Numbered from the stretch's first letter, positions 53,266-63,611 are shown. The stretch is DNA of 64,000 nucleotides from Myxococcota bacterium (GCA_023150835.1 JAKLKB010000033.1:2411-66410); one strand, 5' to 3'. The notes: generated by a model from the sequence alone, not told the origin. Numbers and translations are program-made.

Positions 53266-54132
53266 GTGATGCAACATACGGATGCGTTGATTGAATTGCT
53301 GTACACCGATCGATTTGCAGAAGCCCTGCGGTTGTGCGGCTTGGGTTATGAGCCGATCGAGTGTGCTTATGGGGGCGATGGCTCGGTGCTTGGAGCGTTT
53401 GCGATGGACCATCACGGCAGCGAGTCATGGCGAGAAGGCGTGGCTCTGCGCGCTTGCCGCGATCACTACGCAGCAAGGAAGCAAGATCCGAGATTCGTTG
53501 TGACGGGAACCCCCGACGCAGACGCCGTTTTGGCGATCATCGCCTTGGCGGGGTTGGTCCCTGCTTCACAGATCCCCGAGGCCTTTTACGAACTGGTCAA
53601 CTTGCACGATGTGGATCCTGTCCCGCTGGATCTGTTGTCTTTGCCGTTTGGCGAAGAGCTGTTGTTTTTTCAACAGCTCGAACACCTACGACGCGATCAA
53701 GCCTCTTTTTTCCGTGCGATCGACGAGATGCGTCGCTTGTTGTTGGGGGGCTTGCAGTCCAAGCAACGCACGATGGTGCGACGGCGCGAAGAACGGCGGA
53801 TCGAGATGGCCGAGACCTCTTCTCTCGAACCGATCGGGGATGCCGTGTTGTTGGTGGAAAGCCGCGTGTGGGGATTTGATCGTTGGTATCGAAAAGCACC
53901 GTTGGTCGTGTCTTATAGTCAACGAGGTGCTTCGATTACGGTGGGATGTCGCAGCGTCGAGGTGGCCGAAGCATTGTGCGGAGAAGGCGGACTGATGAGG
54001 GTTTTTGCACATCTGGGCTACGGATGGGGAGGCCGAGAGTCGATCGGAGGAAGCCCGCGAGGCGTGGTGTTTTCCTTCGATCAAGCCCGCGAAGCCGCCC
54101 ACAAGATCGCTGCGTGGCTTGAGCAAAAGTGA
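53266..54132 (+). CDS. Hypothetical protein, possible permuted DHH-like phosphoesterase
   Basis: MDHHG, GTPDADA and WGGRESIGGSPRG motifs. Confidence 0.7.
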   Translation: MMQHTDALIELLYTDRFAEALRLCGLGYEPIECAYGGDGSVLGAFAMDHHGSESWREGVALRACRDHYAARKQDPRFVVTGTPDADAVLAIIALAGLVPASQIPEAFYELVNLHDVDPVPLDLLSLPFGEELLFFQQLEHLRRDQASFFRAIDEMRRLLLGGLQSKQRTMVRRREERRIEMAETSSLEPIGDAVLLVESRVWGFDRWYRKAPLVVSYSQRGASITVGCRSVEVAEALCGEGGLMRVFAHLGYGWGGRESIGGSPRGVVFSFDQAREAAHKIAAWLEQK

Positions 54133-54138
54133 TCTGTG

Positions 54139-54313
54139 ATACGAAATCCGCCCACTGTGTGATCGTAGGGGCAGCCCGATGTGGCAGCCCAACCACAGGG
54201 CATCTACGCACGACTGATGGAGTCCTTTGACTTTATCGTGTTTGCGATGTGGCAGCCCAACCACAGGGCATCTACGCACGACCCTTCGATCATACATCTC
54301 TCGGATATCGTCT
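54139..54313. mobile_element. MITE-like family A, copy 5, with an internal ~38-bp duplication
   Basis: ATACGAAATCCG...CGGATATCGTCT; CGATGTGGCAGCCCAACCACAGGGCATCTACGCACGAC occurs twice. Confidence 0.75.
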
Positions 54314-54340
54314 GAGCCAAAGAAAAAGAGTGGAGGGGGA

Positions 54341-55291
54341 TCAGAAGGGACGAAAGTCGATGGTGGTGTTGATCTTGACGGGCCAGTTCATCTTGGGCGG
54401 AACGTTGGGGGCTTTGCTAGAGACTTGGATGGTGCCTTGGAGAAATTGCTTGCTTTTTCCGCGCATGGGGAAGCCGCTTTCGATCTGCAAGAACAGCGTG
54501 CCTGTTTGATGGCCGGTCAAGTTGTAGCGTAGTTCGAGCGGTCCCATGCGCAGGGGCGGGCTGTTCTTGTTCGGAAGGATATCAGCTTTGACACGCAAAA
54601 AGGCGTAGCCACCGCGCACAGCGATAAGTGTCCATTGGCGCTTGAGGGTCATCGGGACGGCACCGCCCATCTGGAGCGTCTTGTTCCAGCTTTCACCGAT
54701 CTTCACGCGCCGACCGGGATAAAGCGCCATCATCTGTTCCATCATTTGTCGCAACGCCTCGTTACCGAATTGTTGTTTCAGTTGAAGCTGAAGCTGAGCG
54801 CGTTGTTGGGCATCTCCCGCCTTCAGCGAACCCATCACGTCCTCGATCATCTTGTCGACACCATCGAGCGAAAGAACCTTGCCTTGGCTGTTGATCTCCA
54901 TCGTAAACTGGCGCCCAAGCAAGGCTGCAAATCCTTGCGCGAGCGGGGGCACTTGTTGGGGCGGCTTTTCGGAGTTGTACTCAAGAACGCCTTGGGGCGT
55001 TTGCACCTTAAAGTAGATGCGCTTGAAGCCCACAAGCACACGCGCAGTACCCGCCGTGTCGACGCTGCGCGTTTCAAACGTGTAACCTGTCCCGATGGTT
55101 TGTTGGATCTGGGTCTTTTGGCCCATCGCTTCTTGATCGATGAATTGCTCGGTATTCCAATAGATCTGAAAGATCTGCCCTTGCTTCCAACGCAAGTGCA
55201 GATCGATCGCTTGTGCATCAAAGCTCCACCCTACACAACAAAGGCTCCACAAAAGCCCGAACCATCGGCTTATCTTCTTGCTTGCTTGCAT
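54341..55291 (-). CDS. Exported protein, DUF6263-like
   Basis: Signal peptide ending AQA; FTMEINSQGKV and YPGRRVKIGESW; AAGGAG RBS. Confidence 0.75.
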   Translation of the reverse strand: MQASKKISRWFGLLWSLCCVGWSFDAQAIDLHLRWKQGQIFQIYWNTEQFIDQEAMGQKTQIQQTIGTGYTFETRSVDTAGTARVLVGFKRIYFKVQTPQGVLEYNSEKPPQQVPPLAQGFAALLGRQFTMEINSQGKVLSLDGVDKMIEDVMGSLKAGDAQQRAQLQLQLKQQFGNEALRQMMEQMMALYPGRRVKIGESWNKTLQMGGAVPMTLKRQWTLIAVRGGYAFLRVKADILPNKNSPPLRMGPLELRYNLTGHQTGTLFLQIESGFPMRGKSKQFLQGTIQVSSKAPNVPPKMNWPVKINTTIDFRPF

Positions 55292-55412
55292 CTTTTCTCC
55301 TTCTTTGGGGGCAGTCATGCCGCGTCGAGGGCGATCCTTGATCGTTTGGTGCGCGCTATCTTGGCGCTTTGACGAGATAGGCGCAAGGATCTTTTCGCAA
55401 AGGAGGGTTGGC

Positions 55413-56606
55413 TTAGCGGGGAGGGAGGGGACGGCGTGTCTTCTTGGCTTCGCCATCCAGAGCGAGCTGCCCGCAAGCGGCGAGGATATCATCGCCTCGG
55501 GTTTGGCGTTCGGTGGCGAGGACGCCCGATTCTTGGAGGATGCGAAGAAAGTCAGCGATCGCCTCTTGGGATGGGCGTTTGTAAGGGGCCCCCGGATGCT
55601 CGTTGTAGGGGATCAGGTTGATCTTGGATCGCACCGAGCGAGACAGCTTGATGAGGCGTTTGGCATCTTCGGGGCTGTCGTTGATATCTTGGATCAGCGT
55701 GTATTCAAGCGTTACAGGGAGGCTCTGTTGGGTGGGGAGTTTTTGGAAGGTACGGAGCGTATCGAAAAGAGTTTTGAGATTGTAGCGTTGGTTGATGGGC
55801 ATGATCTGATCGCGTTGTGCGTCGGTGGTGGCGTGCAGAGAAACGGCGAGGCGAACAGGGAAAGTTTCGCCAAGCTTGAGGATCTGTGGACAAAGGCCGG
55901 CAGTGGAGACGGTGAGGCGGCGCGCTCCGAGCTTTGGGCCAAGTTCATCGGTCAGGACAGACAGCGTGCTGATCAAGTTTTGAAAGTTGATCAAGGGTTC
56001 GCCCATGCCCATGAACACGACGTTGGTGATGGTCTTGCCTTCGGGCAGAAGCTTGGCAGACCCGAGAAATTGCCCCATGTATTCGGCGATCGTGAGATTG
56101 CGTCCCGGCCCCATGGTGGCGGTATAACAGAAGCGGCATCCGAGCGCACAGCCGACTTGCGAAGAGATGCACAGCGTAATTCGCCGACCAATAGGGATCA
56201 AGACAGCTTCGACTTGCGCACCATCTTTGAGGCGAAACAGGATCTTTTTGGTACCGTCGATCGAATCCATAACGCGTACGACGCCAAGACTCGATATCGT
56301 CGCAAACTCAAGAAGATGCTCACGCATCGCACGCGAAAGATCCGTCATCTGCGCGATATCCGTCACGCCTTGCTTATAGATCCAGCGAAAGATCTGGCGC
56401 GCACGGAAGGCTTTGTCACCTTGCTCAACGAAGTACTGTTCGAGCGCTTCACGCGTAAAGTCGAGCAAGTCGATCCGCTCGTTTGGCGCGGTAGAGACCG
56501 ATGCTACGGCCTGCAAAGCGGCTGGTGCAGCGGTCACTTCGGTGGCAGGGACCAGTTGGGTGTCAGAGAGATGGATGGCTTCGGTATCGTGATGGATGGC
56601 GGACAT
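55413..56606 (-). CDS. rlmN: 23S rRNA m2A2503/tRNA methyltransferase RlmN
   Basis: CISSQVGCALGCRFC, VFMGMGEP, SLHA, NLIPYN and DILAACGQL. Confidence 0.96.
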   Translation of the reverse strand: MSAIHHDTEAIHLSDTQLVPATEVTAAPAALQAVASVSTAPNERIDLLDFTREALEQYFVEQGDKAFRARQIFRWIYKQGVTDIAQMTDLSRAMREHLLEFATISSLGVVRVMDSIDGTKKILFRLKDGAQVEAVLIPIGRRITLCISSQVGCALGCRFCYTATMGPGRNLTIAEYMGQFLGSAKLLPEGKTITNVVFMGMGEPLINFQNLISTLSVLTDELGPKLGARRLTVSTAGLCPQILKLGETFPVRLAVSLHATTDAQRDQIMPINQRYNLKTLFDTLRTFQKLPTQQSLPVTLEYTLIQDINDSPEDAKRLIKLSRSVRSKINLIPYNEHPGAPYKRPSQEAIADFLRILQESGVLATERQTRGDDILAACGQLALDGEAKKTRRPLPPR

Positions 56607-56898
56607 ACGCAAGATTCCTTGTGATGGACTGTGGGGTGAAAGAAAAAATCTTTCAAGCGCCGAAGTATAGACACAGCGCAGGTCGTTTTCAACACAAACC
56701 CCTTTCTTTTCGTGGAGCGCGAGTTCGACAATCGGCGCGTCTTGCAGACGCAAGCCACAGACAAAGGTGCGTTCAAAGGCTGCCTCACCTTGACAGCACT
56801 GAGGGGTCTTGGCAATTTGCCGCTCCATCCACGGTGGGGTCATCTGCCCGAAGCCGTTTCTTTTGTGTAGTCAAGGGTTTAGAGAGTTGAGGTGAAGG

Positions 56899-57543
56899 AT
56901 GGGTCGAGCATTTATTATCGGAATCGCCGGTGGGACGGGCTCAGGGAAGACAACGGTGGCACGCCGGATCGCCGAGATCTTTCGTGTGGAGGAGGTCTTG
57001 TTGTTGGATCAAGACGCCTACTACAAGGATCTCTCACATCTTTCGTTTGAAGAACGCAAGCGCGTGAACTTCGATCATCCCGACGCTTTTGACACCGATC
57101 TTTTGGTTGAACATCTGCGCGCCTTGCGCAAACGCTTGCCGATCCAAAAACCCGTGTATTCGTACAAAGAGCATCGCCGAAAAGAAGAAACTGTTCGGAT
57201 CTCCCCTGCACACATCATCTTGCTCGAAGGCATCTTGGTTTTGGAGATGGAACCCTTGCGTGAATTGATGGATATGAAGATCTTTGTCGATACAGATGAT
57301 GATATCCGCCTGATCCGTCGGCTGACGCGTGATATCAAAGAGCGAGGACGCGATCTTGAGCAATCGATCATCCAATACGAACAAACGGTTCGCCCGATGC
57401 ACCTTGCTTTTGTTGTTCCTTCGAAACGTTACGCCGATGTGGTCATCCCCCACGGGGGTGAAAATCGCGTCGCAATTCAGATGATCGAGGCCACCTTGCG
57501 CGAACGCTTGCGCCAAGTCGACAACGAAGAACCCCAACTCTGA
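56899..57543 (+). CDS. udk: Uridine kinase
   Basis: IGIAGGTGSGKTT, NFDHPDAFD, RRLTRDIKERGR and PSKRYAD. Confidence 0.96.
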   Translation: MGRAFIIGIAGGTGSGKTTVARRIAEIFRVEEVLLLDQDAYYKDLSHLSFEERKRVNFDHPDAFDTDLLVEHLRALRKRLPIQKPVYSYKEHRRKEETVRISPAHIILLEGILVLEMEPLRELMDMKIFVDTDDDIRLIRRLTRDIKERGRDLEQSIIQYEQTVRPMHLAFVVPSKRYADVVIPHGGENRVAIQMIEATLRERLRQVDNEEPQL

Positions 57544-57559
57544 CCAAGGAGTACCACAA

Positions 57560-59194
57560 ATGCCAGTCTATCGAATCGAACGGGATGGGAAAACAATCGA
57601 AGTACCGGACTTTTCGACGCTGCGAGCATGGGCCGAAGGGGGACGGATTCGAGCGGAAGATAAGGTGTGGTCACAAGGTTGGAAAGAGCCTGTGCGCGCT
57701 TACGATGTGAGCGGCCTGCGCGAGATCTTCAAAACGCGCAGTGCAGCGCCAAATGCAACCTCCTACGCCAGTGGTCCCGTATACATCGTCTTTGATGGGC
57801 GCGAACAAGTCAGTGCCCCCAACTTTTCTTCCCTTCAACAGCTTACGGCGACGGGGCGTGTGCGTGCGGATGATCTTGTTTGGACCGAAGGATGGGAGGC
57901 TTGGGCGCGAGCTTATGATGTCAGCGGCTTGCGCGATATCTTTAAAAAGCGCAATGAACAGCCCGCAGCAACGATGCGAATGCCGATCCCGCCCTTGCCT
58001 TCAGTAAGCACGAGCGCAGCCTCTTCTTCCTCACCACAAGCCCCTCGCCAGCGCGCACATCGCCGTGCTTCATCGCAAGCCCCGTCCCACCCACAATCTC
58101 AGCCTCAAAAGCCCTCGTGGGTGGCTCAGGTGGGCGAAACCTTCAAAGAACTGAATTCGCTCGCCAAAGAAGGCTTTGAAAAGATGGGCTTTTCGCGAAC
58201 AGGACAACCCAATGCGCGAACATACGCCTCGACAGGGCGGATGTATCAGGCCGATCCTGATCAAGACAGTGCCCCTTCCAACCACACCGCACAATCTCGC
58301 AACCACCGCCAAATCAACGCTTCTGCCTACCGCCACACTGACGCTGCTCTTTGGCACAAAGAACCTTGGCGCTATCGCCGCGAACAAGGCCCTTTTACTT
58401 TGGCTGACTTGCTTTCTCCCGAACATCTCCAGAGCTATCTTTCTTTGCGACGCCACCGCAAGATCGAGGTCCCTTTGCGCAAGATCCTTCCCAACATCGC
58501 GCCATCAAGCTTGTTTCAAGCCCTCGTACCTGACGCGAGGATCTTGCGTGGGCAAGATGACCGCCTTGTTGCGGGCCTTTTGGCACAGATGAGTGCGGCT
58601 TTGGTGTTGCCTGCGCCTGTGGATATCTATGTTTCTGCCAAAAATGCGTGGGAGATGTCTTTGCTCGGAAATCGCCAACAATCCGCGATCTTGGTGGGCG
58701 AAGGATGGCTTGAAGAACTCTCCGAAGTCGGCGTGGCTGGGTTGTTTGCGCAGTTATTGAGTCAATCTTACCTACAAGACGCGCCGTTGCGGACGTTGGC
58801 TTGGTTGCTTTGGAAGCCTGAAGACTTTTCGCGGATCGGAGTTCATTCGATCCCTGCGGTGGATTCAACGTTTTTGCTTGATTGCTTGATGGAGGCGGAT
58901 CACCTCGGCGACCTGATCTCTTTGATGCTTTTGGGACACGAAGACGCTGTGATCGATGCGCTCGAAGAGATGGTCGAAGTCTCGGAAGCACCGCGTGCCT
59001 TGGAACGCTCCAAGGCTGTTCAGTCGATCCAAGCTTATTTCGATACTCCCGCCCCTGCTCTTGCGGAGCGCGTTCCTGCGCTCGAACGCTTCGCAAAAAG
59101 CCATCGCTTCCAAAATCTCACAAGAGGCATCGCCGCTTTCCCTTCGGTGCGCTCAGCCATCCTCGACGTCCAGCGGATCGCAGGCATCGCCTAA
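57560..59194 (+). CDS. Two GYF_2-like domains plus a degenerate M48-peptidase-like domain
   Basis: Duplicated GRxRAxDxVWxxGWxxxxRAYDVSGL module; C-part has M48-like layout without HExxH. AAGGAG RBS. Confidence 0.7.
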   Translation: MPVYRIERDGKTIEVPDFSTLRAWAEGGRIRAEDKVWSQGWKEPVRAYDVSGLREIFKTRSAAPNATSYASGPVYIVFDGREQVSAPNFSSLQQLTATGRVRADDLVWTEGWEAWARAYDVSGLRDIFKKRNEQPAATMRMPIPPLPSVSTSAASSSSPQAPRQRAHRRASSQAPSHPQSQPQKPSWVAQVGETFKELNSLAKEGFEKMGFSRTGQPNARTYASTGRMYQADPDQDSAPSNHTAQSRNHRQINASAYRHTDAALWHKEPWRYRREQGPFTLADLLSPEHLQSYLSLRRHRKIEVPLRKILPNIAPSSLFQALVPDARILRGQDDRLVAGLLAQMSAALVLPAPVDIYVSAKNAWEMSLLGNRQQSAILVGEGWLEELSEVGVAGLFAQLLSQSYLQDAPLRTLAWLLWKPEDFSRIGVHSIPAVDSTFLLDCLMEADHLGDLISLMLLGHEDAVIDALEEMVEVSEAPRALERSKAVQSIQAYFDTPAPALAERVPALERFAKSHRFQNLTRGIAAFPSVRSAILDVQRIAGIA

Positions 59195-59273
59195 GAACGT
59201 CAACGCTCGCTAAAAAAGACAGTCGTTTCCGGCTAACGCTCGGGTGGCCCCACTTGTTTTGCTGATTCGAAAT

Positions 59274-59388
59274 AGGAGTTACGCAGTTGAAAAGGAAAAC
59301 CCTGAGATGTCAGCACATTATTAGGGGCGGTTCGCCAACCGCCCGCGCCCGAACATGGCCCTTTTTCGTATCCAACTGCGTAAGTCCT
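59274..59388. mobile_element. MITE-like family B, copy 2
   Basis: TIRs AGGAGTTACGCAGTTG / CAACTGCGTAAGTCCT; flanks TTCGAAAT/ATCGAAAT (7/8 direct repeat). Confidence 0.8.
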
Positions 59389-59455
59389 ATCGAAATATAT
59401 TTGTTTTCGGACACCTTGAACCCGAGCTGTTGCCATCGGGGAGACGGAGAGCAAG

Positions 59456-60652
59456 ATGCCAAAAACGCGGGAGTATATACTTACGCTTTTTCTATCCGCC
59501 CTGTTTTTTTCTTTTGCTCTCGCGCATGGTTGTGGAGAGTCAAAAATTCCAGAAAAAATGGAGCCAGATTCAAGTGTTTCTGAACATTTTATGGATAATA
59601 TAAATAAAGAAAGTAGTCATTCTTCTGAAGCAATCTGTACAAGTTTGTGTGTTCAGGTTTTTGCAGGAGCGCCCGATCAATTTGGAGATTTGGATGGCCT
59701 ATTAAATGCTGCAAGATTCAACTATCTGACCGATCTCCTCGAAACGAAAGACGCGATCTATCTGGTTGATCGCAATAACCACAAGATCAAAGTGATCAAG
59801 GACGGAAAAAGTAGGACGCTGGCAGGAACGGGACAGGAAGGGTACAAAGACGGCGCAGGAAACGAGGCCATGTTCAGTTTTCCCTTCGGCGCGGCATTAG
59901 ACTCCAAAGGAAATCTGTTTGTCACAGAGTTGGGAGCAGGCCGGATCAGACGGATCTCTCCAAACGGGGTCGTTTCTACACTCGCGGGCGGACGTTCCTT
60001 TGGATTTCAAGACGGGTTCGGAGACGAAGCACTCTTTTCTTACTCGATGGCTGATATTTCTATTGATCATCAAGATAACCTCTATGTTTCAGATTCCTAT
60101 AACGTTTCTATTCGAAAAATTACACCAGACGGAGACGTCACAACCATCGGATACGGCAAATCTATTTTTTTGAAAAATAAAGAAAAGCAGTTGCGTGGTC
60201 AGCCTGTTGAGTTCCCGTTGCAACAACCCACGTCTTTAAAGTTCGACACGGAAGGTCGGTTGTACATCGCTGATTGGGAAGGAAACTCGATCTGGCGTAT
60301 CGAGAAATCGGGAGAGGTTGCTCGGTTCGCAGGGACGGGAGAGCGAGGAGATAAAGACGGTCCGAGACAGGAGGCCGAGTTGTTCCGCGTTAATTCGCTT
60401 GCGTTCCATCGAAACGGTGAATTGTTCTTTGCAGAATCTGGCAATCGTAAAATCAAAAAAATTGATACCGCAGGACAAGTGAAAACTGTTGTTTCATCAG
60501 TTACAGGAGTTCTTCGTGGTGCATTACCCATCCCAATAGGAAACATTTTGGATATGGAGTTCGCCGAAGATGGCTCCCTTTATTTCATCGAAGCGAATTT
60601 CCATGTTGTGCGTAAGCTATGGCTGAATTGTGATTGTCCTTTACGGCTCTAA
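59456..60652 (+). CDS. NHL-repeat beta-propeller lipoprotein
   Basis: Lipobox AHG-C; repeats TLAGTGQEGYKDG...AMFSFP, DSKGNLFV and GRLYIAD. AT-richer than neighbouring genes. Confidence 0.88.
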   Translation: MPKTREYILTLFLSALFFSFALAHGCGESKIPEKMEPDSSVSEHFMDNINKESSHSSEAICTSLCVQVFAGAPDQFGDLDGLLNAARFNYLTDLLETKDAIYLVDRNNHKIKVIKDGKSRTLAGTGQEGYKDGAGNEAMFSFPFGAALDSKGNLFVTELGAGRIRRISPNGVVSTLAGGRSFGFQDGFGDEALFSYSMADISIDHQDNLYVSDSYNVSIRKITPDGDVTTIGYGKSIFLKNKEKQLRGQPVEFPLQQPTSLKFDTEGRLYIADWEGNSIWRIEKSGEVARFAGTGERGDKDGPRQEAELFRVNSLAFHRNGELFFAESGNRKIKKIDTAGQVKTVVSSVTGVLRGALPIPIGNILDMEFAEDGSLYFIEANFHVVRKLWLNCDCPLRL

Positions 60653-60699
60653 CGAGAGTCCTTCGAAAAGAGAGCGAAATGGAACTTTCATACTTCGAA

Positions 60700-61687
60700 A
60701 CGTGAGTTCGAGCTAAAAAGGTAAGCATTTCTGTTCAGTTACACGAATATTAAGAGAAGGTTTCTCGGGCATCATCGAATAACAGACCAAACCAGACAGA
60801 AGATTGACGAAAAAATTGTAAGGGCTACGGTGGCGCGTGTGGTCGATTTGGCAAACGTGTTTCAGATGTTCGTTGACCGTTTCAATAAATACCCGCTTTC
60901 CAAGAACAAGCGAGTCAAACAAAGTCATCAAACGAGGTTTCATGTTCTTACGCATCGTCGTCACAAGAGAGATTCCTTTTGCGTATAAGTCCTCGAATAA
61001 ATCTTGCGAGATGTATCCACGATCCCCATAGAGTCGGCCAAAAAGACCGTGCATCATATCGGGGACAAGGCTGCGGTCATCGACGTTGGCTTTTGTGATG
61101 CGAAAAGCAAGCAGCTCGCCAATGTCGTTGACAACGAGGTGTAGCTTGAAGCCAAAAAACCAGCCCACGGAATCTTTGCTCCACGAAGCCAACCCTGCGA
61201 AGGTTTTATGGGATTTCGCACGTTTGACATACGAGACGACGAGCTTGGTCGAGTCGACAAAAGAGATGCCGCTGCATTCCCCGAGCAGGGAATGGGCGAG
61301 AAAGTACATGGGGATCATCGCCTCCTTCTGGAGTTCGACAAATCTTTGATAACTTGGAAGATTTGGGAAGCAGGAAGCCCATGCCACGCAAACATGACGA
61401 AGGTAAAAGCCCTTGAGATCGCGATATCGGCTTTGGTGGAACATCACAAGTACCGTCATGACTTCACTTGTGTGCATCTTCCGCTTTCTTTTTGCGACGG
61501 AAAACTCCATCTCTTCGACGTAATCCGTCCAATCCTTCTCGAAGGCTTGATAAAAATCATCGACATGGCAAAAGATTTCGGTTAGATCCATGAGCGTACC
61601 CCTTGCTTTCTTTGGGTGTTCGTTTTGCAACTACACTTTGCCAGAGAAAACAAGCGGGTACAACTTTTTTCTTGCTCGAACTCACGT
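60700..61687 (-). mobile_element. IS982-family insertion sequence
   Basis: Perfect 14-bp TIRs ACGTGAGTTCGAGC (60700) / GCTCGAACTCACGT (61674-61687); 988 bp. No clear target duplication seen. Confidence 0.92.
60713..61591 (-). CDS. IS982-family DDE transposase
   Basis: FVDST, GWFFGFKLHL, LYGDRGYIS, IETVNEHLK and HTRHRS; intact ORF. Confidence 0.94.
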   Translation of the reverse strand: MDLTEIFCHVDDFYQAFEKDWTDYVEEMEFSVAKRKRKMHTSEVMTVLVMFHQSRYRDLKGFYLRHVCVAWASCFPNLPSYQRFVELQKEAMIPMYFLAHSLLGECSGISFVDSTKLVVSYVKRAKSHKTFAGLASWSKDSVGWFFGFKLHLVVNDIGELLAFRITKANVDDRSLVPDMMHGLFGRLYGDRGYISQDLFEDLYAKGISLVTTMRKNMKPRLMTLFDSLVLGKRVFIETVNEHLKHVCQIDHTRHRSPYNFFVNLLSGLVCYSMMPEKPSLNIRVTEQKCLPF

Positions 61688-61861
61688 AAAATTAGAGTGG
61701 CGGAAGTTCTGTTCTATTTGTTCGGTGTTCTCGTGGGATGGGGTAGCAAGTGAAGTTCGCAAAATTAGAGTGGCGGAAAATCTGTTCTGTTTGTTCGGAA
61801 AGAACAGTAGCACGCGAAGTTCGGAAAATTAGAGGATTGGAAGTTCTGTTCTATTTGTTCG
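61688..61861. repeat. Degenerate direct repeats, 3 copies (AAAATTAGAGTGGCGGAAGTTCTGTTCTATTTGTTCG)
   Basis: Copies near 61688, 61761 and 61825; the first abuts the IS end. Confidence 0.8.
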
Positions 61862-62037
61862 ATGAGGTGACGTAGAGAGACCGCCCCGAATCCCCCAGTG
61901 ATGTGCGGCGCCAACGCCGCGATCACGTGCGGCCCCCCACGAGGCCAAGAATGAGTAGAGGGGGGCCGTCACGTGGATCCGACTTGTTGGACGGAAGTTT
62001 CATTTCGGATGTTTGCAAGAGAAGAAGTGCGATAAGG

Positions 62038-62342
62038 AATCTTCACAAATGCGAAGGCAAAAAGAATTTCGCGGGAAAAGCTGTTCACATCCCGAAGGGC
62101 GCGAGGTTTCAAGCGATGTTCGATTTGGTTTGTTCGCGGGATGCGGAGGCAAGGGGAAATACGCGGTCAAGTCTATTTACCCTCCGAAGGGCAGGGCGTT
62201 TCAGGAAAAGATCGCTTTGAATGGTTCGCGGGATGCGGAGGCAAGGGGAAATACGCGGTCAATCTTGTTCACACGCCGAAGGGCAGGAGGTTTCAGGAAA
62301 AGATCGATTCGATTTGTTCGGAAAGAACGGTAGCAAGGCGAG
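62038..62342. repeat. 92-bp-period degenerate repeat block, ~3.3 units
   Basis: CCGAAGGGC at 62092, 62184 and 62276; GTTCG at 62132, 62224 and 62316. Confidence 0.85.
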
Positions 62343-62377
62343 AGCAGAAAAATCGGATACTTTTTTGAACGCTCGAT

Positions 62378-63457
62378 TTAATTTCCTGCCAACTTTTGCT
62401 TGAAAGCGTACGCAATTTGCTCGGCCGTTGGAGATTTGGATGGATCGTCTTTCAAAAGTAAATAGAGCGTTCCTATGTAGGCTTCGCCGAAAGCGGTAGT
62501 AAGTGCGATAGAAGTTCCAGCAGCAATGGTTCCACCCACGAGACTCCCCACACCGGGGATCAATTTTAGTAACGAACTGACAATTGCCCGCCCAGCAACT
62601 GTTGCTGCCACCCCTGTAAAGGTACTAGCAACCAACGTGCTGATAAAAACTTGGGACACGGGGAGACCAAAAGCGGCGCTGATACCCGCCAACATCCCGA
62701 CCTGTACAGGAACAATCAATATTGCGTCTGAAAATGGAATTGGAGTGGCAGCAGCGGCACCTGCGACTGTTGCACTTGCTGCCACCACCGTATGAGCACG
62801 GTTGACTTTTTGCTCAAGGCTGACTTTTTGTGCTGCCGCGAATGCGTTTTTTTGACTCTCCGGGACGAGTTCCATTGTTAACTCGACTAATTCCTTGAGA
62901 CCTTTTACCGAAATTTTATGACCATCATCAAAGATTTCTTCGACAGCATGAACGCTTATAACATTGCGTGCTTTGGGGAGTATCTTTTGAACTTCTGCGC
63001 GGAAGCCTTTATCCGCTTTTGCTTTCGTAATCACAACAACAGTGGGGATATGAGCTGACAACATTTCAACGAGTTGTATTTCTCCTTCTTCGACTCTTCT
63101 CGAATCCTCGGAGATACAAACCCATGCAACGTGCATATGACGATGGGCTTCTGTTTCTTGCTTTCGCTCTTCAATGAATTTTTGCAAGGAGTTGACGGTT
63201 TGTTTGTATTCTGCGAGTTCTAGCCCTCTCGTGTCGAACAATGAAACAGGAATTCCTTCTTTGGTGATTTCTCTTGTGTTTTGTGTCACAGGGCGTCCTT
63301 GTCCTGTTTCTGCCAAATTTCCTTGGAACACTGCGTTGATCAATGTGCTTTTACCAACACCTGTTTTCCCTGCCAGAATAATGTTCACTTTGCCTCGGCG
63401 TTTTAATGCTTCTTCCACAGCGTTTTTTACAGTATCAATCAAGCCCGGATCCAACAT
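62378..63457 (-). CDS. GTPase (Era/MMR_HSR1-like P-loop) with DUF697/YcjF-like C-terminal membrane region
   Basis: GKTGVGKS, DTRG, TKAD, ATPIPFSD and LKLIPGVG. GAGGAG RBS; AT-rich. Confidence 0.88.
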   Translation of the reverse strand: MLDPGLIDTVKNAVEEALKRRGKVNIILAGKTGVGKSTLINAVFQGNLAETGQGRPVTQNTREITKEGIPVSLFDTRGLELAEYKQTVNSLQKFIEERKQETEAHRHMHVAWVCISEDSRRVEEGEIQLVEMLSAHIPTVVVITKAKADKGFRAEVQKILPKARNVISVHAVEEIFDDGHKISVKGLKELVELTMELVPESQKNAFAAAQKVSLEQKVNRAHTVVAASATVAGAAAATPIPFSDAILIVPVQVGMLAGISAAFGLPVSQVFISTLVASTFTGVAATVAGRAIVSSLLKLIPGVGSLVGGTIAAGTSIALTTAFGEAYIGTLYLLLKDDPSKSPTAEQIAYAFKQKLAGN

Positions 63458-63611
63458 TTCAACTCCTCTTCGTTTTTCAGTTTTTTCTGCGAACAACCAC
63501 TATATCTTTTGGCTCGGAGATAACCAAAAGTCAAGTTTTTTCTTCTACCGCTTGTTGTTTAAAGATAGCAAATAGAGACCAGAAAAGAGAAGAATGGACA
63601 GCTTGTTATTA

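Noticed and set aside
55278..56624. 448-aa antisense ORF, and similar ones opposite tolC, the peroxidase and DUF2147
   Set aside because: Antisense shadows of well-supported genes with no recognisable motifs.
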